A stretch of DNA of 64,000 nucleotides from Candidatus Latescibacterota bacterium (GTDB taxonomy: Bacteria; Latescibacterota; CBDEFO01): NCBI GenBank assembly GCA_965248755.1, contig OZ252149.1, positions 1 to 64,000 of the forward strand. The letters are read 5' to 3'. The notes beneath the pieces are model-generated. The model did not search any database and was not told the DNA's origin. It worked only from the letters and a program-made list of their open reading frames with translations. Shown in pieces: positions 31,253-42,351 of the stretch. The position numbers were made by a program, and so were the translations under genes. The number at the start of each line of letters is the position of its first letter. The first letter of the stretch is position 1.

Positions 31253-31822
31253 ATGGAGACAATTCGAACCTTTGTAGCCATAGAACTGACGCAAGAGATC
31301 AAAGACACAATCTCAGGCGTTATAGAAACCCTCAAAAGAGAAGGCGGGAGCATTCGCTGGGTGGAGCCACGTAATCTCCATCTGACACTGAAGTTCCTGG
31401 GAAATATAGGTAGCAACAGGATAGATGAAATCATGGAGTGTATCAAAACGTCCTGCAACGGGATACATCGTTTCGACATAACGGTAAGGGATGTTGGAAC
31501 CTTCCCGAATCTGAAGCGACCGAAGGTTATTTGGATTGGAGCCGAGGAAGATGGAAATATGCTAAAGAGTCTATACGAAAGGATCGAGGATGAATTTGAA
31601 AAGATAGGGATTGAAAGAGAAAACAGGGGTTTTTCCCCTCACCTTACCGTAGGTAGAGTAAGGACTCCGAGGGGATTAGAGAGAGTTCTGTCCCGTATGG
31701 ATAAGATAGAATTTGAAACGCGAAAGATGGAGGTTAACCGCATCATCCTGATGAAGAGTGATCCTAGGCACCCAGGTCCTATCTATTCCCCCTTGGGATC
31801 TGTAGAATTGGAAGCGCAGTAA
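31253..31822 (+). CDS. thpR: RNA 2',3'-cyclic phosphodiesterase
   Basis: Two HxT motifs (HLTLKFLG, PHLTVGR). Confidence 0.92.
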   Translation: METIRTFVAIELTQEIKDTISGVIETLKREGGSIRWVEPRNLHLTLKFLGNIGSNRIDEIMECIKTSCNGIHRFDITVRDVGTFPNLKRPKVIWIGAEEDGNMLKSLYERIEDEFEKIGIERENRGFSPHLTVGRVRTPRGLERVLSRMDKIEFETRKMEVNRIILMKSDPRHPGPIYSPLGSVELEAQ

Positions 31823-31863
31823 ATTCATTAATACACTACTGTTATTAGAGTTTCAGAGAGGCG

Positions 31864-32922
31864 GTGAAAAAATTGGCACCCAAGCTAATTGAAGATAAGA
31901 ACAAGATGATAGAGGTGGCAGTATCTCAGATCGAGAAGCAGTTCGGAAAAGGATCCATTATGCAGTTGGGTGAAAAGAGCGCAAAAGTGGTGGCAGAAGT
32001 CATTCCGACGGGGTCCTTGGCTCTGGATGCAGCCCTGGGGATAGGAGGAGTCCCAAGAGGAAGGGTCCTTGAGATCTTCGGGCCCGAGGCATCAGGAAAG
32101 ACGACGCTCTGTCTGCACATAATAGCGCAGGCGCAGAAAAAAGGAGGCATAGCTGCGTTTATAGATGCAGAACACGCTTTGGACGTAAACTTCGCCAGGG
32201 AAATCGGCGTCGATATGGACCACCTGTGGGTATCCCAGCCCGATACAGGTGAAGAAGCGCTCAACATCGCTGATACCCTGGTCAGGAGCGCCGCGGTGGA
32301 CGTTGTGGTGGTAGACTCTGTAGCCTCTCTAGTTCCCAGAGCAGAACTTGAAGGTGAAATCGGCGATTCCCATGTGGGGATCCAGGCCAGACTCATGTCC
32401 CAGGCATTGAGGTCCCTTTCAGGCTCAATAAATAAATCCAGAACCTGTATGATATTCACAAATCAGATCAGGATAAACATAGGAGTTATGTTCGGCTCTC
32501 CCGAGACTACTTCTGGAGGAAAGGCCTTAAGATTCTATGCCAGCGTGAGGATGGACATAAGGAGAATCGGCTCAATAAAGGGGACAGACCAGGGCATTAT
32601 AGGGAACAGGACAAGGGTCAAAGTCGTTAAGAATAAGATGGCTCCCCCGTTCAGAGAAGCTGAGTTTGACATCATGTTTAACAGCGCAGAGACGGGAATC
32701 TCCAAGATGGGAGACATGCTGGACATAGCTGTGGACAAGGAAATCGTAGAAAAGAGTGGTACCTGGTTTTCCTACAACAAAGAGAGGTTAGCTCAAGGGC
32801 GTGAAAATACCAAGCTCTTTTTGAAAGCGAACTCGAATATATCAGACCAGATCGAAGCCAAAGTCAGAGAAACTCTCTTTCCGTCAAAGCCTCAAGCTGA
32901 GACACCAGCTTCCGAAGTCTAA
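31864..32922 (+). CDS. recA: Recombinase RecA
   Basis: [34 protein letters not shown]. Confidence 0.98.
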   Translation: MKKLAPKLIEDKNKMIEVAVSQIEKQFGKGSIMQLGEKSAKVVAEVIPTGSLALDAALGIGGVPRGRVLEIFGPEASGKTTLCLHIIAQAQKKGGIAAFIDAEHALDVNFAREIGVDMDHLWVSQPDTGEEALNIADTLVRSAAVDVVVVDSVASLVPRAELEGEIGDSHVGIQARLMSQALRSLSGSINKSRTCMIFTNQIRINIGVMFGSPETTSGGKALRFYASVRMDIRRIGSIKGTDQGIIGNRTRVKVVKNKMAPPFREAEFDIMFNSAETGISKMGDMLDIAVDKEIVEKSGTWFSYNKERLAQGRENTKLFLKANSNISDQIEAKVRETLFPSKPQAETPASEV

Positions 32923-33067
32923 GTTGATAAAACTTCAACCTTATGATGAAGAGTCCTGATCTTCAGTTCATGTGGGCTTATCCGGCTCGATTCTACTGAA
33001 GACATTTAAATCGTGTCAGCGCAACCTGTATGAGCCAAATCATATCGACACATGGAGGCGCCACAGT

Positions 33068-33571
33068 TTGAATGTAGAACTGCAAAAGAGTGAACTGACA
33101 AAAGCCAAGGAAAGATCCCTTAGACTCCTTTCGTATCGGGCAAGGTCAGAAAAAGAGATTGTAGATAGATTAAGAGAGAAGAGATTCAGCAGATCTGTTA
33201 TAGATCAGACGATTCAGGATCTTAAAGGCTCGGGGCTTATCGACGATTTAGAATTTGCCAGAATGTGGACGAAAAGTCGCCTGCTCGGAAAAAAGATGGG
33301 AAAAGGGAGGATTATGGGGGAACTTAGAGAGAAAGGGGTCAAGAGCGACATCGTAGATAAGGCGATAGACGAGTACTTCAAAGAGGTGGACTTTGAAGAT
33401 GTAGCTTTAAGTCTGTTGAGGGGTAGGATAAACAGATACTGGAGATTAGACAAGAATAAAGCCCTCAAAAGAATGTCAGATTTCCTCTTCAGACGAGGAT
33501 TTGAAGGGGAACTTATATGGAGCACAGTCCAGATGGTCTGGGATGAGATAGAAAAAGATGAGGAAAGATGA
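33068..33571 (+). CDS. recX: RecX regulator
   Basis: LLSYRARSEKE, IDDLEFA, FLFRRGF; TTG start after GGAGG. Confidence 0.9.
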   Translation: MNVELQKSELTKAKERSLRLLSYRARSEKEIVDRLREKRFSRSVIDQTIQDLKGSGLIDDLEFARMWTKSRLLGKKMGKGRIMGELREKGVKSDIVDKAIDEYFKEVDFEDVALSLLRGRINRYWRLDKNKALKRMSDFLFRRGFEGELIWSTVQMVWDEIEKDEER

Positions 33572-36201
33572 AATCGTCGGACATCAGAGAAGAGTTCTTA
33601 AGATACTTTGAGAGCAAAGGCCACAGGAGAATTCACAGCTCTCCTTTGATACCACACAACGATCCGACCCTGCTCTTTACAAACGCGGGCATGGTTCAGT
33701 TTAAGGACGTGTTGTTAGGGGCGGAAAAGAGGGACTATAAGCGAGCTGTTACCTCTCAAAAATGCATCCGCGCCGGAGGAAAACACAACGATCTTGAGAA
33801 CGTGGGACGGACGGCCCGACATCACACCTTCTTCGAGATGCTCGGCAACTTCTCCTTCGGCGACTACTTCAAGGAAGGGTCGATAGAATACGGCTGGGAA
33901 TTTATGACCGATGTGATGGGGCTTCCCGAAGATAAACTCTGGGTGTCCATATATAAAGACGACGACGAAGCGGAGGAGATATGGATCCAAAAGATCGGGT
34001 TTCCGGCGGACAGGATGGTCAGACTCGGCGACCTGGAGAAGGGCGATGAAGAAAACTTCTGGAGCATGGGCGACACAGGACCATGCGGACCCTGCTCTGA
34101 GATCCTTATAGACCGCGGCGTCGAGTTCGGCTGCGGCAGACCTGACTGTCGGGTAGGATGCGACTGCGACAGGTACTATGAGCTCTGGAATCTGGTCTTT
34201 ATGCAGTATACAAGAGACGAATCCGGGAAGCTGACTCCCCTTCCCAAACCGAGCATAGACACCGGCTTGGGACTGGAGAGGACATCGGCCGTGATGCAAA
34301 ATGTGAACTCCGTCTTCGATACAGACCTGTTCAGATCTATCATTTCGGCAATAGAGGAGATAACAGGCAAAGAATACATTCCCGGCGATGGGAGCGTCCC
34401 GTTCAGAGTAATAGCCGATCACATAAGGGCCCTCACGTTTGCCATCACAGACGCAGTCCTACCCTCCAACGAGGGGAGAGGCTATGTCTTGAGGCGGATA
34501 TTGAGAAGAGCCGCACGATTCGGTCGGATATTAGATATGCACGAACCGTTCATATATAGGTTGGTCTCCACCACAGTGGACCTGATGGGAGAAGCCTATC
34601 CCGAAATCGTCGAAAAGGCTCAGCACGTCTCCCTAGTAGTGAAATCCGAAGAGGAAAACTTTAGCAGGACGCTGGACAGAGGCATAAATAGGTTTGAGGA
34701 AATCGTAGGCAGGTTAAAAGAGGAGGGGAAAAACAGGATCTCCGGAGCCGATATCTTCAGACTCTACGATACATACGGTTTCCCTCCTGATCTTACGCAG
34801 TTGATGACAGAGGAAAAGGGACTCTCCATTGACGTTGCTGGATTTGACAGAGAAATGCACTATCAAAAGGAAAGAGTCAAAAGCGCCTCCAGATTCCGGG
34901 CCGAAGATGAGGGAAACTGGATCAGCGTATCGGATAAAGAAAGCTCCAAGTTCATAGGATATGACGAACTCCAGGCAGAGGCGGAGGCGATAAGATACAG
35001 GATGGACGGCCATAAAGTCGATCTTATCCTGGATGTGACCCCCTTCTACGCCGAAGCGGGAGGTCAGATCGGAGACAGCGGCGTAATAAAGAACGAGGAT
35101 ATAACGATCCAAATAGACGACACCCGGCCGCAAGGGGGCGAAATAGTCCATAAGGGACGTGTAATTGAGGGAGATATTGAGGCAATAAAAAAACAATTGA
35201 CAGCCCAGGTCGATTCGGGTCGCCGCCTCTCCACAGCCAGGAACCACACCGCCACCCACCTTCTTCACTCAGCTCTGAGGAAAGTCCTCGGAGAGCATGT
35301 CCACCAGTCGGGATCTTTAGTAGCCCCCGACCGCCTGAGATTCGACTTTACACACTTTACTAGCTTGGACCCAGACCAGATCAGACACATTGAAGCGGTA
35401 GTCAACGGCAAGATAAGGGAGGACATTCAGCTGCAAGATTCTTACAGACCCTTGGATGAAGCGAAAAGTATGGGAGCTATGGCCCTCTTCGGAGAGAAGT
35501 ACGATCCTGTAGTCAGAGTCGTCGAAATAGGGGACTTCAGCAAGGAACTGTGCGGAGGGACCCACGTCCGACGGACTGGTGAATTGGGCCTGTTCAGAAT
35601 CGTATCTAAGGGAGGCATAGCAGCGGGAGTTAGAAGAATCGAAGCCTTAATCGGCCAAAAAGCGGAGCATCTGACCTATCAACAGAACAGGATACTATCG
35701 GAGATTGAGAATCTTCTAAACGTGCCTTCAGAAGAAGTCGCAGATAGAGTGCAAAAGTTAATAGAGACAAACAGAGCCCTGGAAAGAGAGATTCAAAAGA
35801 TCGAAGGACAGTCCACGATCTCCGAAGTGGACAAACTCATAAAGAAGGCTGTAGACATAGACAACAGAAAAATAGTTTCCTCAAAGGTGGAAAGCAGAGA
35901 TATGGACTCCTTCCGCAGGATGGCTGATTCTCTGAGAGATAAGCTCAAAAGCGGTGTTGGAGTCATAGGCATGATCTCAAACGGCAAAGTATCCCTTTTG
36001 GCCGTCGTCACAGATGACCTTATAGAATCCGCGGGGCTAAAAGCGGGCGATATAGTTCAGGACATCGCCACGATAGTCGGGGGAGGGGGGGGCGGGAAGC
36101 CCCATTTAGCTCAGGCGGGCGGAAGAGTGCCTGAGAAGTTAGATGAGGCGTTAGGGAAGGTGACAGAAATTGTCCAGGAACACCTAAGTAAGCGTGCATA
36201 G
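33568..36201 (+). CDS. alaS: Alanine--tRNA ligase
   Basis: FTNAGM, HHTFFEMLGNFSFGDYFK, HTATH, ELCGGTH, GGGGG. Confidence 0.98.
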   Translation: MKSSDIREEFLRYFESKGHRRIHSSPLIPHNDPTLLFTNAGMVQFKDVLLGAEKRDYKRAVTSQKCIRAGGKHNDLENVGRTARHHTFFEMLGNFSFGDYFKEGSIEYGWEFMTDVMGLPEDKLWVSIYKDDDEAEEIWIQKIGFPADRMVRLGDLEKGDEENFWSMGDTGPCGPCSEILIDRGVEFGCGRPDCRVGCDCDRYYELWNLVFMQYTRDESGKLTPLPKPSIDTGLGLERTSAVMQNVNSVFDTDLFRSIISAIEEITGKEYIPGDGSVPFRVIADHIRALTFAITDAVLPSNEGRGYVLRRILRRAARFGRILDMHEPFIYRLVSTTVDLMGEAYPEIVEKAQHVSLVVKSEEENFSRTLDRGINRFEEIVGRLKEEGKNRISGADIFRLYDTYGFPPDLTQLMTEEKGLSIDVAGFDREMHYQKERVKSASRFRAEDEGNWISVSDKESSKFIGYDELQAEAEAIRYRMDGHKVDLILDVTPFYAEAGGQIGDSGVIKNEDITIQIDDTRPQGGEIVHKGRVIEGDIEAIKKQLTAQVDSGRRLSTARNHTATHLLHSALRKVLGEHVHQSGSLVAPDRLRFDFTHFTSLDPDQIRHIEAVVNGKIREDIQLQDSYRPLDEAKSMGAMALFGEKYDPVVRVVEIGDFSKELCGGTHVRRTGELGLFRIVSKGGIAAGVRRIEALIGQKAEHLTYQQNRILSEIENLLNVPSEEVADRVQKLIETNRALEREIQKIEGQSTISEVDKLIKKAVDIDNRKIVSSKVESRDMDSFRRMADSLRDKLKSGVGVIGMISNGKVSLLAVVTDDLIESAGLKAGDIVQDIATIVGGGGGGKPHLAQAGGRVPEKLDEALGKVTEIVQEHLSKRA

Positions 36202-36241
36202 TTCAATTAAGCTGTAGTTAAACACCCCAAGGAGGAAAGTT

Positions 36242-36751
36242 GTGCGTATCATCGGACTCATCATCGTGTTAGGTGTTGGCTTGTCAGGCGGTGCTCTGGT
36301 TGAATCAAGGCTTTCCTACTTCCCAATAATAATCAGCTTGTTTCTACGTCCTGTCGGTATAGTCATCGTTTTCTCGTTGGGAGCGCTCTTGCTCGGACGA
36401 ACCAGCATTCCCACCATGTTCAAGGTTGTGTTCTCCCGCGAAGTCACAGGCGAAGAGTTGACCACCGGCGCAGCGGCATGGGCAAGGGCCCGGACATACA
36501 CGATGACCGCCGGCTGGATAGGAGTGTCGGGGGGACTGCTGCTTACGGTGCGCGGGCTGATCATTACGTTCCGGGGAATAGCTGAGAGTGGCTGGGCGCC
36601 AACGATCATGTCCGCCGGTCTCTCCATGGCGTTGACCCCGACCATGGTCGGTCTCCAGTTTCTGTTCTGCGCAGTGCTACTGGCTTACGGCATCTATATG
36701 CCGTTGCAGAGACGCTTGGAGGATCGCATCGGTCAAGCTTCAGAGTCGTGA
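36242..36751 (+). CDS. Hypothetical membrane protein
   Basis: AGGAGG RBS, about 4 hydrophobic segments. Confidence 0.6.
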   Translation: MRIIGLIIVLGVGLSGGALVESRLSYFPIIISLFLRPVGIVIVFSLGALLLGRTSIPTMFKVVFSREVTGEELTTGAAAWARARTYTMTAGWIGVSGGLLLTVRGLIITFRGIAESGWAPTIMSAGLSMALTPTMVGLQFLFCAVLLAYGIYMPLQRRLEDRIGQASES

Positions 36752-36830
36752 TGTCGCTATCGAATCTCCCAAGACATTCTCTGGTTTATCCTATGCGTGT
36801 TCGATAGAAGGCCCTACTCAACTTGGTGAA

Positions 36831-37580
36831 TTGATGCCCGTTTTTCAGTATCTACTCGATGTAAAACGTAAAAAAGGCGCAGGCTTTTTGGTCCTGTTTG
36901 ACCCGGGGCATGTGGATGAGGATACGGTAGGGCAGATAGCTGCTGACTACCAGGACAGTGGAGCCGACGCGTTCTTAGTAGGCAGCAGTATCCTCCTTTC
37001 CGACAACTTCGGCAGAACCATAAGAGAAATAAAGAAATCCTCAGACCTCCCTGTCATTATCTTCCCCAACGGTGTGGGACAGCTCTCTGACGATGCTGAC
37101 GCCATCCTATTTATGTCAATGATCAGCGGAAGAAATCCCGAACTTCTGATCGGTCAACAGGCAAAAGCTGCTCCTATCGTAAAGGACACCGGCCTGGAAG
37201 CTATATCTACAGGTTATATGATAATAGAATCCGGCAGGACAACGTCAGTCGAGTATATGAGTGGGACAAAACCTATTCCGAGAGATAAGCCCGAAATAGC
37301 CATGGCGCACGCTCTGGCAGCAGAGTACCTGGGCATGAAGTGCGTCTATTTAGACGCTGGAAGCGGAGCCGCGATGCCTATCTCCGACGAGATGTTGAAA
37401 TCTGTGGTAGAATATATCTCCCTGCCCCTTATTGCGGGAGGCGGTATAAGAGAGCCCGAAACCTCCAGAAGCAAAGTACAAGCCGGTGCCTCCTTTGTAG
37501 TCGTGGGCAGTGCGCTGGAAAAAGATACCAGTGGTCATCTGGCAGAAGAGTTCGCAGATGCTATTCATATTAAGGAGTAG
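36831..37580 (+). CDS. Geranylgeranylglyceryl/heptaprenylglyceryl phosphate synthase (group II-like)
   Basis: LFDP, FLVGSS, IIFP, SGRNPELLIG, YLDAGSGA, GGGIR. Confidence 0.9.
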   Translation: MMPVFQYLLDVKRKKGAGFLVLFDPGHVDEDTVGQIAADYQDSGADAFLVGSSILLSDNFGRTIREIKKSSDLPVIIFPNGVGQLSDDADAILFMSMISGRNPELLIGQQAKAAPIVKDTGLEAISTGYMIIESGRTTSVEYMSGTKPIPRDKPEIAMAHALAAEYLGMKCVYLDAGSGAAMPISDEMLKSVVEYISLPLIAGGGIREPETSRSKVQAGASFVVVGSALEKDTSGHLAEEFADAIHIKE

Positions 37581-37586
37581 CCTACT

Positions 37587-38390
37587 TTGGTGGACATACA
37601 CTCCCATATCCTTCCCTGTGTGGACGACGGAGCAAAAGATATAGACGAATCTATAGAAATGATAAGAGCGGCTATTGGCGACGGCATAGAAGCCATAGTA
37701 GCTACGTCCCACGTTTTGAATAATCTGAACCGGGAGATAGATGAACTTTACAGGAACAGATTTGATCAGCTATCCAAGAGGCTTCAAAAAGAAAACCTTC
37801 CCATACAAATCTTTCTGGGCTCGGAGATAATGTTTCAGTTTGGCCTGAAGGCGGTGAAAGACCTTAAAATTGCCACCTTAGATGGGAATGACAAATATTT
37901 TCTCATAGAAGTTCCGATGAGATCATTTCCCGATCAGTTTGAGGATGCGATGTTTAAAATGAGAGCTGCAGGTCTCACCTCCATTCTGGCGCATCCCGAG
38001 CGGAACGCTGTACTCGGAAACGATGAAGAGCTTGTATACCGACTTGCCAATCAGGGACTCCTCTTTCAGATCAATGCTTCCAGTCTATCCCCAAGAACGC
38101 GAAGCCGTATTAGAGAGGCCGCGTGGAACATGATCACAAAGGGCTTAGTGCACTTTATAGCCACAGATGCGCACGATCTATCCTCACGTCCCTTGATATT
38201 AAGTAAAGCAAGAGACGCAGTAAGAAAAGAATTGGGAGAAGAAACAGCACAGAAGCTATTCTACGAGAATCCCTGGAAGGCGATAAGAGGAGAACGCATC
38301 AAGGCAGAGCCTCCATACAGACCCCAGAAGCAGAAAAAGAGGGGAATTTTTGGCAATCTATGGAGAAACCTTGTAAGGACTCAAGATTAA
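37587..38390 (+). CDS. CpsB/CapC PHP-family tyrosine phosphatase
   Basis: DIHSHILP, DDGA, AHPERN, ATDAH. Confidence 0.9.
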   Translation: MVDIHSHILPCVDDGAKDIDESIEMIRAAIGDGIEAIVATSHVLNNLNREIDELYRNRFDQLSKRLQKENLPIQIFLGSEIMFQFGLKAVKDLKIATLDGNDKYFLIEVPMRSFPDQFEDAMFKMRAAGLTSILAHPERNAVLGNDEELVYRLANQGLLFQINASSLSPRTRSRIREAAWNMITKGLVHFIATDAHDLSSRPLILSKARDAVRKELGEETAQKLFYENPWKAIRGERIKAEPPYRPQKQKKRGIFGNLWRNLVRTQD

Positions 38391-38393
38391 GTG

Positions 38394-38849
38394 TTAAAGA
38401 GCTTGTCTTTTCCTCCCCCACGCAAGCCATCCTGCATAGATAGCCATCGTCTCTGCGGGGAACGTGGCGATCCCTGCTACAATTGACAAGATAGATCCTA
38501 TCCTGTTGCTCCTTCCTGCAGAGAGTATTCCTCCGAGCATAACCGCAATCCCCGAAAGGATTGTAGCGTTTCCCCAAGAGCCCGAGTAAGTTGTGCAGTA
38601 TCTCCAGCAGACTATGGAGCAATCGGGCTGCCATATATAAGTGTGATGCGGCTTATCCCACCAGAACATACAGTAGATCCCGCACGATGCAACCGCTAAT
38701 CCTACTAATACAGGCAGAATCGTCATTAAGAGCACATCGCAGCCTACTCTCTTCCTTCTCCTCCACATCTGAAAAAGAGCGATCGATAGAAGAGGCGTAA
38801 AGATAATTAAGGCCAATTCGCCCCAAGGATACCATTTCATCAGATTCAC
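38394..38849 (-). CDS. Hypothetical membrane protein
   Basis: 151 aa with about 4 hydrophobic segments. Confidence 0.5.
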   Translation of the reverse strand: MNLMKWYPWGELALIIFTPLLSIALFQMWRRRKRVGCDVLLMTILPVLVGLAVASCGIYCMFWWDKPHHTYIWQPDCSIVCWRYCTTYSGSWGNATILSGIAVMLGGILSAGRSNRIGSILSIVAGIATFPAETMAIYAGWLAWGRKRQAL

Positions 38850-38903
38850 CTCTTGACATTTTGTAGCTTGCTACTTAAATTGACTCTGCGGAGGTCGGTA
38901 TTT

Positions 38904-39164
38904 ATGATCTGTGAAAGATGCGGCGTCAACCAAGTCTCCAAAGTGACAACAGAGATAATAGACGGAGAAAAGGTGGCTATCTTCCTCTGCGAGCGATGTC
39001 TGGAATCGAGCAAAAATGAAGAAGGTGCTATCCCAGAACTCAACAGACCTTGTCCCTTGTGCCGTAGGAGAGAAGGGACGGTCAAGTTAACTCAATTGCA
39101 AGGAGACAACAGAAGAGTAAGGTTCCTGTGCGACGAATGTGCTAAATCTCTATCGTTGATTTGA
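38904..39164 (+). CDS. Small double zinc-ribbon protein (McsA N-terminus-like)
   Basis: Four CxxC motifs; GGAGG RBS; upstream TTGACA-N17-TAAATT. Confidence 0.7.
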   Translation: MICERCGVNQVSKVTTEIIDGEKVAIFLCERCLESSKNEEGAIPELNRPCPLCRRREGTVKLTQLQGDNRRVRFLCDECAKSLSLI

Positions 39165-39267
39165 CAAGTCAGCACAGTTAGATCTTGGTAATACGTTGTG
39201 GAACAGTAGGACACCTCCTATAACCTAACACAAATCCACACACTATAGCAGGAGGAACATTATCTAA

Positions 39268-39627
39268 ATGAACGCTTTGGAAAAGACGCCTGCGGATATG
39301 GACGCAGAACCTTCAAAAAAGACGATAACCATCGTGTGGAAGGACAGCCATACTAGTGTCTATCCTTACGACTACATAAGAAAGAACTGTCCGTGCGCGC
39401 ATTGCAAGGACTCCAGTGAAAGTCAAAAACCTTCGACAGTCGGAGGTCTGGCAGAACTGAAACTCATCAATGAGGACGTAGCCGGGACGAACAGCGACAT
39501 CGTAGAAGTGGAGGATGTAGGACGATACGCACTCAAGTTCACCTGGGGAGACGGACACGATACAGGGATATACTCATTTGAGCATTTAAGAGAAATATGC
39601 CCTTGCGACAAATGCAAAGGGCTGTAG
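39268..39627 (+). CDS. DUF971/GBBH-like N-terminal domain protein
   Basis: CPCAHC, VGRYAL.F.WGDGHDTGIYS. Confidence 0.85.
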   Translation: MNALEKTPADMDAEPSKKTITIVWKDSHTSVYPYDYIRKNCPCAHCKDSSESQKPSTVGGLAELKLINEDVAGTNSDIVEVEDVGRYALKFTWGDGHDTGIYSFEHLREICPCDKCKGL

Positions 39628-39919
39628 ATCCAAGTAGACGGTAGTCAGGAAAGGCAGTGAGCGTTTCTCTGTGTTTTATCCGTTCTATATAGGGGCGAGC
39701 CCTGGTGTTCGCCCAAGATTTCAGGGCCAATCCATGCGTCTTTCCCTACGGATGATCAAAGTAAAGACCTATTCTCCATCAGTCCTGGAACCCCGGCAGA
39801 GGTGGCAAAGCTGAGGCATTAGGCGAGCACGCCCCTATCAGATAGGCATCTTAAGCTTATCTCTTGTTCTTATCATATCAGAAACAGTCCTTTGACCTTC
39901 TCACTCTCTTTCTCCGAGT

Positions 39920-40963
39920 TTAGCAGTAGGCTGGTACCGGCAAGTAATCGTCCGCAGACGGCGAACCTCCCAAAAGTCTGAGAGATATTCTTCTAAACTC
40001 CTTGAGTTCATCTTTCCCCCCAGCCTCTTTGAATAACAAGCACCTGGACACGGTATTATCCATGAACGCTTCGGCCTGAGAGGGACTCAAACCAAGTCTT
40101 TTGAAGAGCCATCCTGCTTTGCACCCGAATTTATAAGCCCTCTTGCCCTCTCCGTACGTAGTTACTGGTTGCTCATCGTACCCTATCCTTTTGACTTCTC
40201 CTATTATTCCCCCTTGCAGAGCCACTTCGACTATGGGAGCTATCTCGGGGCCGTAGCGCAGTATATCGAAGTCCGCCGACGATGCTTCACGGGTAGAAAG
40301 CGCTGCCACTATATACTTTACGGCCGATAAGTTGTAGAGCTTATAACCACTCTGGAAGTCTGGGACATCTGCATAGACGGCTGCATATCTGGTGTCCAAT
40401 ACCACTCCCCGACCAGCTAACTTAAACTTAATCCCGTCGAGCACGAGTTTGTTGATTATTAACTCGTATTGTCCCCTTTGAAATCCCAGCGGCCTGTGGA
40501 GTTCAGACCTTCTACCTATCACTACGGATGGAAGGTCTCCGTTTTCCCTTTCTATCTGCTTGGATATGCGAAATAAGTTCAAAAGATCGTTTATGAAGTG
40601 ATCCCCATCCGCGTCCCTCACCGCGACGAAGTTAACCCTTTCATCTTCAAGAAGAATCTTCATACCATCAAGAACAGCGGCTCCTTTTCCCCTATTTTCA
40701 GCGCTGTATATGACTTCAAACGGAGCCATCTCCTCCCGAAGTTTCTCGGCAATCTCAAGGCATCTGTCGCATCCGTCTATCACCACCTTAATCAGCTTCG
40801 GAGACACATATACCTCGTAGTCCTTGAGAGTCGTTGTAAGTATAAGTCTTATCCTGTCCTCTGGAATTTCGTCCGGGAACCAAACGGGGATCACCATGCC
40901 CATTTCCTCTTTCATCTGGGCTATGGAGTAGTAGTTATCAAGCGACGGACAGTATTCACTCAT
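39920..40963 (-). CDS. GT-A fold (family 2-like) glycosyltransferase
   Basis: VIPVW, VIDG, ENRGKGAA, DADGDH, DFQSGYK. Confidence 0.75.
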   Translation of the reverse strand: MSEYCPSLDNYYSIAQMKEEMGMVIPVWFPDEIPEDRIRLILTTTLKDYEVYVSPKLIKVVIDGCDRCLEIAEKLREEMAPFEVIYSAENRGKGAAVLDGMKILLEDERVNFVAVRDADGDHFINDLLNLFRISKQIERENGDLPSVVIGRRSELHRPLGFQRGQYELIINKLVLDGIKFKLAGRGVVLDTRYAAVYADVPDFQSGYKLYNLSAVKYIVAALSTREASSADFDILRYGPEIAPIVEVALQGGIIGEVKRIGYDEQPVTTYGEGKRAYKFGCKAGWLFKRLGLSPSQAEAFMDNTVSRCLLFKEAGGKDELKEFRRISLRLLGGSPSADDYLPVPAYC

Positions 40964-40974
40964 AATGTTTGATC

Positions 40975-41588
40975 CTACAACCTCCCTGAACGAAGTATTC
41001 CCATCACGAGCCATATACCCAATATCCCTGCAAAACAGAGCCCAAGAATGCCTATGACAGAATATCCCAAAAACTCAGGCCCCTTATCCAAGACGTATGC
41101 AGAGCCGACTATCAGTGCAGCTATCAAAAGGCTGAAAGAAAGGCGATTGGACGCCCTGTCCATCTCAGTGATAAACCTGTTAACCTACCTGTGCTGTATC
41201 TCCCACGTCAAATTGCCCCTATCTCTTTTCCCAGATATCGTTCTATCTCTGGCTTTATGACACTAAACTCCACCGGAGGCACCTCGTCTTGGAGTTTGCT
41301 CAACTCCTCCGCAAGTTGCCTGGGGATCAGAAACGGACGCATACTGAGCGCCTGCCCCAATTTGACGAAGGTAGGTCCCAACTCCTCTAATACCAATCTG
41401 AGCCTGACTGCGTAGGATTTGTCATCCCACTCCTTCGTAAGCCTGAAAAGATTCCTGGCGAACCCGAGACGGTAGGCAAGATCTACCCTGACCAGAATCT
41501 CGCTGAAGCCGTACCTAATCAACACCGCCACAATTTGACGGTATCTCTTCAGGTTCCTGTAACTTCTGTCAATCCTCGGAATATGCAT
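40975..41588 (-). pseudogene. UbiB/AarF (ABC1) kinase with large internal deletion
   Basis: N-terminal ELGPTFVKLGQ...LSKLQDEVPP joined to C-terminal NRLSFSLLIAALIVGS; kinase core absent. Confidence 0.85.
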
Positions 41589-41833
41589 CGTCCAGATTCA
41601 CTGATAGCAGCTTAGACAACGGTCTATACGGATAACAAGAATATGTGAACACAACTAAAATACGAAAAATGCCTCCTGACTTCAAGGGAAATATATCAAA
41701 TGTGCGCAGAAGAACGATAAACTTTTCTCGAAAATTTGCACTCATTACTTACACTTGACGACAGCGCCTAAATACCGTATCTTTAAGAGAGAAATGTAAG
41801 TCCACAATGGGCTTCAAATAGGACGGCACTAAA

Positions 41834-42322
41834 ATGAAGCGAACAATCTTAATCTTAACTATTCTGTCACTATTGGTCGCTTTGAATGCACCTACCTATG
41901 CGCAGGATCTTTTCGGACTCTCGACCAACTTTCCCGCCGGGGATAATCCCTCATCAGTCTTCATTGCGGATTTAGATGGAGATGGTAATAGTGCCCTGGC
42001 TGTGGCTGGAGGCGGCACCGTAACAGTATTGATGAATCTCTCTGATATACTCACTGATCTAAGCGGATATGAAGAACTATGATTAAATGTTACACTGACC
42101 AATTACGATCTCCCTTTTGAAAGCCACATTAACATATCTGTCTATAATATTATGGGACAGAAGGTTGCGATATTGGTGGATGGTCATAGATCAGCCGGAA
42201 GCTACTCTGTAGTCTGGGATGGCAAAGACAATACCGGAGAAAGACTTGCCAGCGGAGTCTATTTGTATCGGATGAAGACAGACGGATTTGTGCAGACAAG
42301 AAAAATGATCCTCCTCCGTTGA
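41834..42322 (+). pseudogene. Secreted FG-GAP plus FlgD-like CTD protein, internally deleted
   Basis: Signal peptide, one ADLDGDG repeat, out-of-frame tail ...GQKVA.LVD.HRSAGSY...LASGVY...TRKMILLR similar to 63346-63567. Confidence 0.78.
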
Positions 42323-42351
42323 AAGTGATAAGAACTCCAAAGGAGAACCCC

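Noticed and set aside
33715..35268. Long antisense ORFs within alaS (likewise within dnaX, recA, phyH and the SDR)
   Set aside because: No recognisable motifs; expected antisense shadows of strongly coded genes
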